Below are positions 38,544 through 50,850 of a stretch of DNA of 64,000 bases, piece after piece. Below the pieces are notes generated by a model. It searched no databases, was not told the origin of the DNA, and worked only from the letters and a program-made list of their open reading frames with translations. The stretch is from Podarcis liolepis (lineage: Eukaryota): NCBI GenBank assembly GCA_965112155.1, contig OZ218103.1, one strand, 5' to 3'. Numbering within the stretch: position 1 is the stretch's first letter; each line of letters begins with the position of its first letter. Both the position numbers and the translations under genes were made by a program.

Positions 38544-38574
<31 letters not shown>
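38544..38574. repeat. (TAA)n microsatellite, tail of a minus-strand L2-type remnant
   Basis: About 10 TAA units followed by tttatttatacccctcccatctggctggg, as at 23520. Confidence 0.85.
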
Positions 38575-38576
<2 letters not shown>

Positions 38577-39794
38577 TTATTATTTATACCCCTCCCATCT
38601 GGCTGGGTTAAAAACACGATAAAGCATCAAACATCAAAAACTTCCCTAAATAAGCCATACATTCCCTGATAAGCCATACTTTGGCTTGCTGTGACATGCA
38701 AATCAGACTGCTGTGTGCATAATGTGGCATATGGCACAGCGGGGGGCGGGGAGAGAGAGAGAGAGAGAGAGAGAAAGAAGTCCAGAATGTGGTTTGCCAT
38801 AGTGATTCCTTGTTTTTTAATACAGTACTGGAAAAATCAAACACTTCTCTTTCCTTTGCCCCAACTTAACTGAGTGAAGAGTGCATGGTAGCAACTGCTT
38901 TTCATATCTGCCCATATATGGATTCTGCTGCAAGTTCAAAATGTAAACTCTGAAAATGTAGTGCCTTTACTGCATGTGAGGCAGAATGTTTAATTTACAG
39001 GATTGGAAGGGGACTTTTCTGGAGAGCCAGAGGGGGAAATGCTGTATTCCTGCTCTGAACAAAATGCAAATAGTACTTTTTGGATCCAGGTACATTGAAT
39101 TGTATGTTAACCTTTCTCCCAACTTACATGCAGATTGATCATTTAAAAGAAAGCTATTGGTAATCAGAATTTGCATTTGGGCAAAGTTGTAAAAACTATA
39201 TAAAACATTTACTGTATTCTGCAAAAAGCAAGTTATAAGTTTGACTGGAGAATATTTACTTTGACTTGCAGCACTAATTATATTTGATCCATTGATCTCC
39301 AGCTGCTAGGAAACATTAGAACTATACAAATAATAAGGAAATACAATGATCACTGTTATTCACTGCCTACAAAGAAATTCTGCCAAAGCTATTAATTACA
39401 TCTGATTTTTATTGGTAGGCAATCATTTCTTAAGCCTGCATATCTAAACATTAAGGCACTTAGAAAAGCTTCTTGGTATTTTCAATCCAATCCATTGGCT
39501 ATGAGCCCAGAAAGATCTGACAAGTTGATTCATAACATGTGCGGAAAATGGTTTGTACTGCAAGTAAATTTAACATATTAATAACCAAATTGAACCTGAT
39601 CTATGAACTATACTTCATTTGACTTTAATAAGTTTTGATTCCCGTGCTTACTGATTAACTGCAGTGGGTAAGTGTTCAAGGCTCAGACCTTTGGCTTGTT
39701 GATGTTGTGCCTTTTAAAGGAGTTAACATAAGCCTCTGTTCTAAAATGTGTTTGCGTGGTGAGGGGGGGAGGAGAAACATTAGCTTCTGTGAGA

Positions 39795-40535
39795 TGGGCC
39801 TGGGCGATATATCGATATATCGCCCAGGACCAGTATGAGGAGCAGATGTTGGTTTCACTCAGTGGTATATCACCGCTTCTGAGTTTCTCTGCTAGCAGCG
39901 CAACTTCATCCAGGGGGTGCTGCTAGCAGAGGGACTCAGAAGAGCAGTAGTTTCACCAGTGATATACCGCTGAGTGAAAAAGACTTCGCAGTCTGCCCTC
40001 ATACGGGGCAGAGGGAGAGACAAGCTGCATTTAACAGAGCCCCCAGTCCGGTGCTGGCTTGCCAAAGCCGGCAGTGGGGTGGGGGCTCTGTGAAACCGCC
40101 CCCCCCATCAGAGCAACCACGACGCTTCAACAGCATCCTATTGCTCAGCTGGCGGGGGGGGGGGCTTTTTCTACACAACAGCTGCGCGAAGCCTGATGCT
40201 ACTGTGGCGTCGCATCGCTCAGATGAGGGGTGGAAGAAGCCTCCCCCCACCCCATCTGAGCAATCTGATGCTGTTGAGGCATCAGGGCTCGCTCAGTTGG
40301 GGGAAGGGAGAGCCCCCCCCCAGCTGAATAGCGGCCTTGGCCAGCTGCATTGGCCCATCCTGCGAGGCACTGGGGTGAAAGGGCCCCAGCTCTGGTGGCG
40401 AAAGGTGCGGCACTTTCACCCTGCGTCTACCTGGCTGGGGCCAACGCAGCTTGTTTCAACATCGTGGTATAGCACCAAACCGCAATGTGGCTGGTGAAAC
40501 ATCACAATGTTTAACATCTAACACCGCCCAGCAGT
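39795..40535. mobile_element. hAT-Ac-like non-autonomous element with foldback interior
   Basis: Left end gggcctgggcgatat, right end accgcccagc; multiple internal inverted repeats; TSD not clear. Confidence 0.55.
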
Positions 40536-42899
40536 ACTATAAGTATTATGAATAAGCCAGAATGTGTAGGATTGGGACCTTACTTGTAAAAAATCAAGCT
40601 TTCTCACCAAGCTGGTTTTTGTAAATAAACACCAGCTACATCAGAGTTTGGAAGTGTCTGAAGAAAGCAGATTTATATACCCACATGTATTTATTTAAAA
40701 GCATTTCTAAACCACTTCATGTTTTTAAAATCTCGTTAAGTGTATACTGTGAGGGAACATGATAGCAAATCTTCAAATACCTGAAGGGCTGTCACATAGG
40801 AAAGGGTCAAGGTGTGGTCTCTGCTATGCTAGAACACAGCACAATATCTAATGGGACTTCAGCTAGAGGAGGATGGCTTACCTAAGTGCTTTTCTACTCT
40901 TAAGATTCTGCTTGTACCCAGACTTCTAGCCATATTTAAATGAATGCTTAAATAAATAAGCAAGCTTCTTATAAGAAATATAACAAACTCGCAGACCATC
41001 CAAGTGTCCCTGTCTTCCAGGGACAGTCTTAGATTTGATCCAAGGTCCCTATTTTCACTGGAAAAATGTTGGAGGATATGGAGTTATCCGATACCTGAGC
41101 CATCTGAAGGCAGTCCTGCATAGGGAAGGTTTTTTTTAATGTTTAATGTTTTATTATGTTTTTATATATATTGGAAGCCACCCAGAGTGGCAGGGTATAA
41201 ATAAAATGATGATGATGATGGAATGGGCTGTTGCTATTTTCACTGGAGAAACATTGGAAGGTATGAAATTGCCAGATGATCTTTGTGAGGCTATATAATC
41301 AACACAGAAAAAGAGAAACTGTATTTTATTCAAGGCCTTGACCCGAGTTGGTAACCAAGTTTACAGCTAGCATTATTTTGGTAGATTTCAGGCAAGGGTT
41401 ACTAATTAATGTTCATATCCAAGCAGCTAATGTCCCAATACTTTCCCCTTGAGAAGTATAATGAGATGTGTGGAACTGGCCTCCATTTTTCAGATATAGC
41501 ACCGACTATCCTTGCTCATTTGAAAAATCTGTTACTGTCAGGTACACTGAAGGAAGCCCTCAGTGTAGAGATATTCTGGTAAAACTTCTCACATACTTCA
41601 AGGCCCTAGGAAAAGCCATTTAACTGCCACTAAACTGTCACAACTCATAAATTACACCCTCTCAGCCCTTCCCCTTGGATAAAACATTATGCAAATAAGT
41701 CTGCGGGTTTCTTAAGTTAGTTTGTTTTGCCTGTGACCACATACAGTAGTAAAATTTGCTTTATTTAAAATATTGATAACGTTCTCCCAAATGGTATAAA
41801 TGCAAAATTATGTCACTAAATTGTATTTTAAAAATACAAAAGTAAGCAGCATTACTTTAAAATCATCCGTTACAGTTTTTCAGCAGCATGCCTAATGAAA
41901 ACATGCAAATAAAAAGACACTTGAGAGGATTCTTAAAGCCTTTTTGAATGTTCTGCATATAACTGGATTTTCTTGCCTTCATCCTTTGATGGCACTGCAT
42001 CAAACTAAGCGCTGGTGGGTTCTGCAAGCATTCCTTTACCATAAGGGAAGATGCTACTATTGAATAAGTCTGAGGGGGATATTTGAAAGCAATTGGCACA
42101 TAGAGCATTCTAGAATTGGAAGAAAACATGGGACAGCTACTCTCAACTGTTCACTGCAAAAACAGGCTGCAGGTCTCCCCCACCCTCAATTCAGTCCTCA
42201 GTAGGGGGGCTGGTTCTAATTTAGAGACCTACACTTAGTCTTGCCACATTTCTATTTCAAAATTACCAGACCCTGGGTTAGAACTTTGATATGGGGGAGG
42301 AAGAGAGCTGGACTGTTCCCAAAGTGGAGCTACCACAAAGCATGCTATGGCATGATGGAAGCTGGCAGGTCAGTGATAGAAACTGACCAATTGTGGATAA
42401 AGCTTAGTGAAATCTAAGCAGGAGTCTGGCGAGGGTCTAAATCAATACCCTTTGTTGGGCCAGAACAGCAAAGCAATGGTGTTTGTGTATGTATGAGAGA
42501 GTGTTTAATGTAACAAGTGAAATAGCCTACTGCAGGCAACTATAATTAGCCAGATCATAGTAGGGGAAAACTACCCCAGATCAGATCACTTTTGTGCATC
42601 CTTTTGCATATTGTGTATTGCACACTATATGAATCTTTGTGTGAACAAACACTTAGATGAGCTATCGGCTTTGGGTGCGAGGAGAGAGTTCGGTTGCCTT
42701 ACAGAAATAGAGGCAGATGCTAGAATCAGCTTTTGTAATGTAATTAAAATTAACACCCCCCCCCCCCCAAAAAAAAAACCTTCCCCGATGCTTTTTAAAA
42801 AATGAACGGGCTAGAAAGGCTGCCTGCTCTTCATCTCCTGTTATAGAAACAGAAACTAAATCATGCCGCCTCGTGTACAATGGTGACTGAATAAAATAA

Positions 42900-43360
42900 A
42901 AAAATCCCTTAAATTTCCACAAAGGACTTGCGCTTCCCTGAAATCTCCGGCAGTCGGTTCTCTCCCCCCCCCCACTTCCCCGCCTTCCTGTCCATAATTT
43001 TGGTCGTTGCCGTGGCAGCCGAGAATAAGGGGCGGGGCCAGGCCTGAAGAAGGCGACGAAACTCCGCCCTTCGCCTCCAGTCTACAAGTACCCATTGAGA
43101 AGGGGGACGAGGCCCCAGGAATGCGTCCACCTTGCCGGGCCAGTCATTCTTAGGTCTTTGGGCGTGAGGGCGAAATCCACCGCCCCTAGAAATGTTAGAG
43201 TCGCAGATGATCGCCGTCCTTCTTGCCATTGCCGATCAAGGATTGAACTGGCTTTCCCACTCTTAACTGCCAATACAAATCGTTAGGTTTTTCACAAAGA
43301 CCGCAGAGGTTCTATTTCCACCTCCTTTCGCTCCGTCGTCCCTTTTAGAACCAGGCGACT
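42900..43360. promoter_or_regulatory. Orphan CpG-rich promoter-like element
   Basis: Local CpG cluster, GC box GGGCGGGG about 43030, RFX X-box-like GTTGCCGTGGCAGC 43006-43019; no recognisable CDS attached. Confidence 0.5.
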
Positions 43361-43706
43361 TCTTTGCTTTCTCTCAGCCTTTGGAGTTTAGTCAGAGTGA
43401 CAAGAGAAGCTGGGCTGGCATACTTTCTTCCCTCAAGTGTTTTTTTTTGGGGGGGGGGCAGCTTATTTGCTTGTTGTTATGCTACATTAAACATTTCCAC
43501 TACTGCTCCAGAGCTCAGAAGATTTGTATCCGGCATTTAAAAAAAAAAGTTTTAAAAATGCATAGCGTGTTTAAAAAACAAAACATGTAAACAGCAGGCC
43601 CAGTAAACACAAGTCAGAAAGTGCACCCTAAAACTTTGCAGGTTACAGGGTGCATTTCTTGCTGGGCAACTTGAAAACAACAGTAACTGCCTGGGAGTTG
43701 GAATAT

Positions 43707-43710
<4 letters not shown>

Positions 43711-43750
<40 letters not shown>
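43711..43750. repeat. (AC)n microsatellite
   Basis: About 20 AC units. Confidence 0.95.
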
Positions 43751-43752
<2 letters not shown>

Positions 43753-45043
43753 TTGGAGCAGGGGCAGGCCTTTAAAAGTTAGGTTTCTTATGGCTCCTAA
43801 TAAACTGCTACCAAGGATCTGAAAAATGCTCAGTAAAATCCACAGTGCGCTTACAAACATGCTCAAAATCAAAGAGGTACTTACCAATCCTACCATTCCT
43901 GGTTATGGGACATTTATCTGATTCTTATTAGTTTGTGATTCCATGCACATATTATATGTCTTCTGTTAAAGAATTTTGATATAGTACAGTATAGTGTTAT
44001 AAAAATATTGTCAGTATATTATTAGCCGACGTGTAGCTCGTCCTTCAAAATCAAAGAGGTGACTGACAATGCCCTGACTTGGTTAGCCTAAAGGAGCTTA
44101 TCTTCATGGATGGCCACCTCACATCTTTTGGCACCCCTGAAGTGGCATTGTTAGGGAATGGCCAATGAAGGTCATGCTGAAGTCTTTTGCTGCAGGCCCT
44201 GTCTGAAAACAAGCTTGCATCCAATGTAGCGCTAAGTAACTGTCCTGTCTAGAAAAGAATTTATGCATGTGTGATAAGACTTCTCCTCACTTGAGTACTC
44301 TGCATGCTCCCCAGATCTGCTCCAAATAACCTAAAGAACCACCAGAGCTGTTTTAGGGGGACCAGTCAGGGGAGGGGAGAAAGTCCTGTTGCACAACTGT
44401 AGGTCCTTGCACTGACAGAAGAGTTGTTTAGCGCTGCACTGGATACATTACATTTTAATACTCTGCAAATATGGCAGAAGAATGTCATGTGGGTGGAATT
44501 CCAACCACCTGTTACCTTAATTTTCCAGAGGCACCAATGCATATGCAAAATGTACACCATTTTGGGTCATGAATCTGTGAGTGGAGTCCCTGCATCCTTG
44601 TTACCTCACATGGTTCTTGTGAGTTTTGGATTCACTGGAGCTACCACTACTTTATCTAGTCTGTATCATGAGGGACTTTTGCCCTGTGCGTGCAAAGAGT
44701 AAAGTTTATCCATTTGATGACTGGCAATCGTGACCTATCTTTTCTTGCTTTGAGGCCTCAGACAATGTAGGGCATATTGGCACATCCCATGGGTCATATC
44801 TCGATCCTGAGCCGTTTGTTTTAAACAGCAGAATAATGCTTTAGTGTTATGAAGTGTCTCCTCCAAATAAAAATCAGTTCCTTTAATTTCTGATCTATTC
44901 TGTCAAATTATTCACCTCTGTGTAAAACTGTGGCACTTTGATAGCATGAGAAGCAGTTGTGTTCCCCAGCTGTATCACCTCACTCTGAGTTTTCTGCTTA
45001 AGGTGAGATCTTTTGTCTTTTGTATCTACTGAGGCAATTCATG

Positions 45044-45046
<3 letters not shown>

Positions 45047-45079
<33 letters not shown>
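45047..45079. repeat. (CA)n microsatellite
   Basis: About 16 CA units. Confidence 0.95.
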
Positions 45080-45081
<2 letters not shown>

Positions 45082-45573
45082 GTTTATGTAAAACAGCTGC
45101 TTTCTGCTGTTTCCTGGTTAGCTTATTTTTAGAAACCAGCATTCTTAAGACTAAATAAATATGCTGTTTAATAAGTGTAATTTTTAGTAAGAAGTTAAAC
45201 CAAGCACTTTTATCTTGATGAAAAAGCAATCCCCGGGGGCTGATCCTGAACATGCCCATAATTTGCAGTGGGCTGGATTTGATCACTGTTTCCTGTTGAC
45301 AACCCTCTCCCACTTTGCCAGCAAAGGTTCAGTTTACTGCCAGTGTTTGCCATTGAAGTGCTTTATTAAACTAATCACTTTTTAACAAATCTTCCATTCC
45401 TACTTCAGTACTTCTCCAAGAGGATTCTCTCGGCCTCCTGGGAGCAGGATCACAGATTTTATCACTACCTGCCATTGTGTTAAAAAGTTGAAACTGCTCT
45501 AAAACTGTGATATTTTAAAAATGTTCTCTGCATATCTGAGAAAACATTTTTAAAGAAGAACAAAGACTTAAAT

Positions 45574-45932
45574 GGGACACAGGTGGTGCTGTGGTCTAAA
45601 CCACAGAGCCTACGGCTTGCTGATCAGAAGGTCAGCGGTTCAAATCCCCGCAACAGGGTGAGCTCCCATTGCTCGGTCCCAGCTCCTGACCACCTAGCAG
45701 TTCGAAAGCACATCAAAGTGCAAGTAGATAAATAGGTACCGTGCTGGCGGGAAGGTAAATGGCGTTTCCGTGCGGTGCTCTGGTTTGCCAGAAGCATGCT
45801 GGCCACATGACCCGGAAGCTGTCTGCGGACATACACCGGCTCCCTCAGCCTATAGAGCGAGATGAGCGCCGCAACCCCAGAGTCATCTGCGACTGGACCT
45901 AACGGTCAGGGGTCCCTTTACCTTTACCCTTT
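45574..45932 (+). mobile_element. Full-length Sauria SINE
   Basis: tRNA-like head (A/B box, GGTTCAAATCC), ACCTTT-type tail, 12-bp TSD aaagacttaaat 45562-45573 / aaagactgaaat 45933-45944. Confidence 0.9.
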
Positions 45933-48900
45933 AAAGACTGAAATAACAGATTTGAAACTGCCCTCTGGCTAATAGGTTTTTTTTTATTGAACACAACTAG
46001 GAATTCAGATTTTTTACTCCGTGCCCTTGGATTTATTTTATCAGCCAACTGAAAGGACCAGAGTGAGTAGTAAGTTTATGATTTTTATTCAGGGTGATCT
46101 GTGCCCTGAACACCTCACTTCATTAGCCTGTCAATAGTCCTTTCTTCGGCAATTGATCCACAAGTGGGTGTGCAAACCCTCCTTGCATGAATTTCAGCCA
46201 AAAAGGAATGCACAGCTAGATGCTTTCAAACACTGGCAAGATTTATTTTGGGGTCAAGAAAAGCCCCAAGGAATTTAGACAAGCAAAGCAATAGTATGGT
46301 AACTCAGATGTTACAGAACAAATAAGATATGTCTGGGATATTAAACCTAAATTATTGCTGTAGCTAACCAATTAAAATAAAATAAAAACCAGACAGTACA
46401 CAGAGAGAAAAGCAAGATGTTTCATAGCCTTGATTATTGCTATTGCAGCTGTACTGCTCAGCTGGCAACCTTCATCACAGATGGTGGACTATGACAGGAA
46501 TCTTCACTTCAGTGCCTTGTTTGTGGATGGTGGCATCTCCTATAATCCCTAACTAAGATCTCACAGGGCCATTAGGCAGCGTCTTTTCAGGTTTCAGATA
46601 GATCTCTCCCAACACAACACCCCCACTCCCCCCAAGTTGGCCTAGCTGCCCCCCCCCGCCCTCTAGTTCACATGGCAACCAGAACTATAATCAGCCTACC
46701 ATTCACCCTGGGTTAACTTTCAGTTGGCCAATCTTCACACAAGGTTCATTACACTACTTCTCATACCCCTTGGAGAGGGAGTGGAAAGTAAAAGTATGAT
46801 CTAGTTGAATTACAGGATCCCGCTGAATTTGCATTATTTTTGTACGCACACGACAGTTCAAATCACAGTTCACATTCTTCCCCATAACAACCATGGATCT
46901 AGCAGTTTGCTGTGGTGCCAAAACATGGACCTGGAGCTCATCAGAATGGTTCCTCAATAGAAATGGTCCAAATCCAAATCATGAGTCACATCCGTATTCA
47001 CAAAATGTGCTGCCAAAATCACAGGCCCATGACTTCATGTCTCCATCAGAGTGCTAAACCAAGGATCCTAGACCCTCATGGTTTCTCCCTGGAGGCTTCC
47101 CAAATCAGCCATCACTATACATGGATCTAGTCATTATGTTACCATCACAAAACAAGAATGTAGATCCAGGGCAATTCCTCTTTCTTTCTTGTTTTAAAAT
47201 TGTTACACCATAAAAGTGTACCATCTATTCATAGCTCAAGCCCATCCACACAGATTTCACTGTAAAAATTACAGCTCCATCACAGTGTCATCTGGGCAGC
47301 CCAGGACCACCTCCATACACACTGCCCAGGCTTGTGCCCCAGGGAGGTTTAACTTCATCCCAGAGGCACATTCTCAAGACAGAAGGATGCCAACAATACA
47401 ACAAGCACAGTGGCACACAATCACATGTATCTGAGACATGGCTCTCCCATAGATGATCGGAGCTCATATCTGTGTGCACAGAGTGGAGACTAAATTTGAG
47501 GATCAAGAAGTAAACCAGGACCAGATGACAAAACAGTAGGAAGAAACATCAAAAGTCATGACTAAACAATAATCAAGCATACAGGAACAAACCAGAGCTC
47601 AGGAAGACCTTGTTGCTCAACAAGATTTAATTGCAACAGAAGGTTATAACTCATTCCTTCCCTGGATGATCCAATGGGAAGCATGGGTGGATGAAGTAAG
47701 TCCAGTGCTAGAAGGTTCTTAATTAAGAAGGCTGCAACAATTGCAACATGCAGTTTAGTGATCCACCACATGGGTCAAAGGAACAAGAGCATTCAGGCAA
47801 CACCACCAGCTGCAGAAGATCAGCCTAGCCACTTTGTTCTGACATTGAAGAAGAACTAATCTCCTTCCTATTCCGTTTACTTCCATTTACCTTGTGTGTT
47901 CTTTTAGTTTCTAGTCCTGATAACAGCTCTAGCTCTTTTTAAAATTGATGTCAGCCACTTTGGGTGACAATAACAGTCTAAAAAGTTGCATAAAACAACA
48001 AATATATCAATACGAGACACCTGCATACAAGTCTAGCAGCATCTGATATGCTGATGCCATCATCAAGTAAACAGCCTGCTTTTCCACAATGGGGAGTGAT
48101 GCAGCAGGTAAGTTCAGGTGCACTGGTCAGAACTCTGCTCAGTGCTGTTGCTATAGGCAGCCATCCCACAAACAAGCTGGTCCCCACTATGTATGCAAGG
48201 TGGTCCATTGAGGGCAGCTTGCCTAAAGTTTCCCCAAATCTGGAGTAGGGACTGATAACCTATGAATCTGGTTCATACTTTAGCATCACACCACAAGTTT
48301 ATAATGCACTTCATAGACATGAATGTGATTTGTGGTTTGATGGCAGATAGGGCGGAATTCTATGGGAGGAGGGGAATAAGGATCAATAAGGGTCTGCACC
48401 TTTGATCTTTGTTATCTACAACAATGCTAGATCTACAAAAAGCAAAGGAAGCTGTCTTAGTCCATTACAATAATTCCAAAATCCAGTTAGGTAATACAGT
48501 ACCTGGTTGGGACTGGCCCAAATATTATCAGAATTACCAGGCTGGATATTAGGGAAATCTAGAGCTGTGGTTTTTATGTTGGAGTCCATAGAAATGGATG
48601 CAAGCAGTGATTTGATAGTGGCTTTGGGAACATTCCATGTGTTATGCTATTGTGGCCATGAAGTGCTGAATCCCTTATATTTTACAGTATAGTTTGTGGA
48701 TGAATGAAAGCTGTGATTTAACAAATAATTTGGCATTTAGGGAACCTCTGCATGTTAACTTTAATAATGAAGATCCATGCTTTTATGTCACAGGAGCATC
48801 ACAAAGCACTGGATTTCTATACTGCAGTCAACAGATATAGATGTGAGCTGTAATCTGGTAGTAGATTTGCGGGGAGGGCTTCCACACAAAAATGCTAAGG

Positions 48901-49249
48901 TCCGGTCGGTATAAATCTTGCATTTCTCCCCCCCTGAAAGTGCATATTACCACATGCTTTTTTCCCCAGAAAGAAAGATTCATTGAAAGACGATTTTTTC
49001 TGAATAAATTTGCCGACACCTCTGCTGCAAAGTTATTCTGTACGATACGTTAATTTCTCCCATTATACATACAAGCATACAAGGAGATTCAAAACGGCCG
49101 CAACGGAGCCTGCTATTCCGTCCGTGCAGTCTCTGCCTGCCTCAGATTATTCACCTGCTGCCATGTCATCAGTTCCTTCCTGACGGTAAAACGAGGCAAA
49201 AAAAGGGGGGGAAGCCACATAATATCTGTTTAAATTATATATACTTTAA

Positions 49250-50850
49250 AAAGCGGCAAGTTTCACATTTTGACGCCGTGTGGGTTCCTTAGCCCGGTTT
49301 CTATTGCGGCGCTTGGAGCAGCCCGCGAAGCAAAAGGCTCTCCAGCCGGACCTGCGACTGCAGAGGGAAACGGGGCGCAGGATTCGGCCGCTGCTCCGCG
49401 TGGCGTCCGCCAGGCAGTAACCCTGCGGGGCCGCGCGCACGCTGCGTGTGTGTATACACGTGTATTTACACATTGGGCCATGTGAACGTGCCAGCTGCTG
49501 CCCCTTCCCTTGTCTCGGGAGGCCGTCGCGGAGCAGCGACATTCGGGAGGCTTCTCTTCCCCGTCCCTTGCGAGCCCTCAGCCCCGCCGCGAGACCCAAG
49601 TTCCCCGGCCAGGCCCTCAGCGACGCTCCGGAAAGACAGGCGGGCGACCGACGAAATGGGGTCCTGCGTCTTTAAGAGCCCCTTTGTCTCTGAAACATCC
49701 TTATTTACCCTCCTGTGATTCAACCAAACTTAACCCCCCTCTTCCTCCCCCCGCGATTCACAAAGCCCACGGATGTCACAGCTCCGGGGGCGGAGCTAAC
49801 GTATTCCCCGGACCCTCCTTCCGAGACTCCGCTTCTGATTTTTATAGGATTTGGTTAGCTTCCGCAAGTGCCGTAAACTAGCAGTTCGGGGGAACAAGAG
49901 ACGGCAAACGCGTCTGCTTTAGCTGCCACGCCGTTAGGGACGAACTGTTCCGAAGAATCTTCGGATTCTCGGGAAAACTAAAAACAACAACAACAACCAC
50001 CCCACACAATCTGACGCGTCACTAGCGTAAATCAGTGAGAGGGTTCCCGCTCTTTCGTGTTACGTAGATGACGCCGAGAAGAAAAGGAACCGTCCAAGAA
50101 AACTCTCGGGAGCCCCCTTGCGCAGGTAGCGTAAACGTGCTCGCTGAATGGCGACCCGTCGTAGGGCGGCCCAAGCCGGGGGTGGGAAGGAAATAGTGTC
50201 TGGCGGGCGGTTCAGCCAACGGCAGCGCGGGGCGGGGCGAGCTCGGCGGCCAATGGCGGCCGGGGGGGCGTGTCAGGTACCGGTTGGGGTGTCTCGCGCT
50301 TGGTGACAGCTCGCGCGTGCTGATGATGGCGGTAAATAAAGGGGCCGGAGGGGGGGAGGGGGCTTTACCCCCTTGGGGGCTCAAACCCTAAATGTGGGGG
50401 AAGTGAAAGACCCGCAGCTGGGGTGGAGAGGGGTGCTTCATGCGCGGCCCAGGGAGGCTGAGGGTAGAGGGGGGGCTTGACCCCCGATTTGGGGTGGGAG
50501 GTTTGAGGGGGCTCCACCCCTTTGGGGCTCAAATTCCATATTGGGGGTGGGGGGTTGTGCTGCTTTAAGCCCCTCCTTCCTGTTTGGAGGGAATTTCGCC
50601 TCCCCGCCTGGCCAGGCCGACGGAGGGGAAGAGGTCTTGACCCCTAAGCAGGAGAGGGGCTGGAGGAGGAATTCCCCCCCCCCAGCCAGATGGGAGGTTG
50701 CGCGCACCGAAGGGGAGGCGGGCATGGACCTCCTCTTGGGGAAAGAGGTCCAGGGAGCTTGCTTTGCGTGAGGGCAGAAAAGGGCACCAACCTCACCAAC
50801 TGGGGGCGGGGGGGGGGAGAGCGGCTATGACAGGATTTGCCGCCTGTGGC
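49250..50850. promoter_or_regulatory. Large CpG island, probable USP49 promoter (by synteny)
   Basis: Dense CpG, GC boxes, CCAAT, TGACGCGTCA palindrome about 50012-50021, YY1-like GATGGCGG; USP49 follows MED20 in the same orientation in the human locus. Confidence 0.65.
50260..50331 (+). other. Candidate non-coding first exon of the downstream + strand gene (probably USP49); start approximate
   Basis: Ends in GATGGCG|gtaaat donor at the 3' part of the CpG island, followed by G-run-rich and then T-rich intron-like sequence to the window end. Confidence 0.45.

Noticed and set aside
44714-44810. TGATGA...CTGA pair resembling a C/D box snoRNA
   Set aside because: Imperfect C box context, no terminal stem, no recognisable rRNA/snRNA guide and no known host intron
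45574-45660. tRNA-like A/B boxes (also near 63590)
   Set aside because: SINE heads with SINE bodies and tails, not cloverleaf tRNA genes
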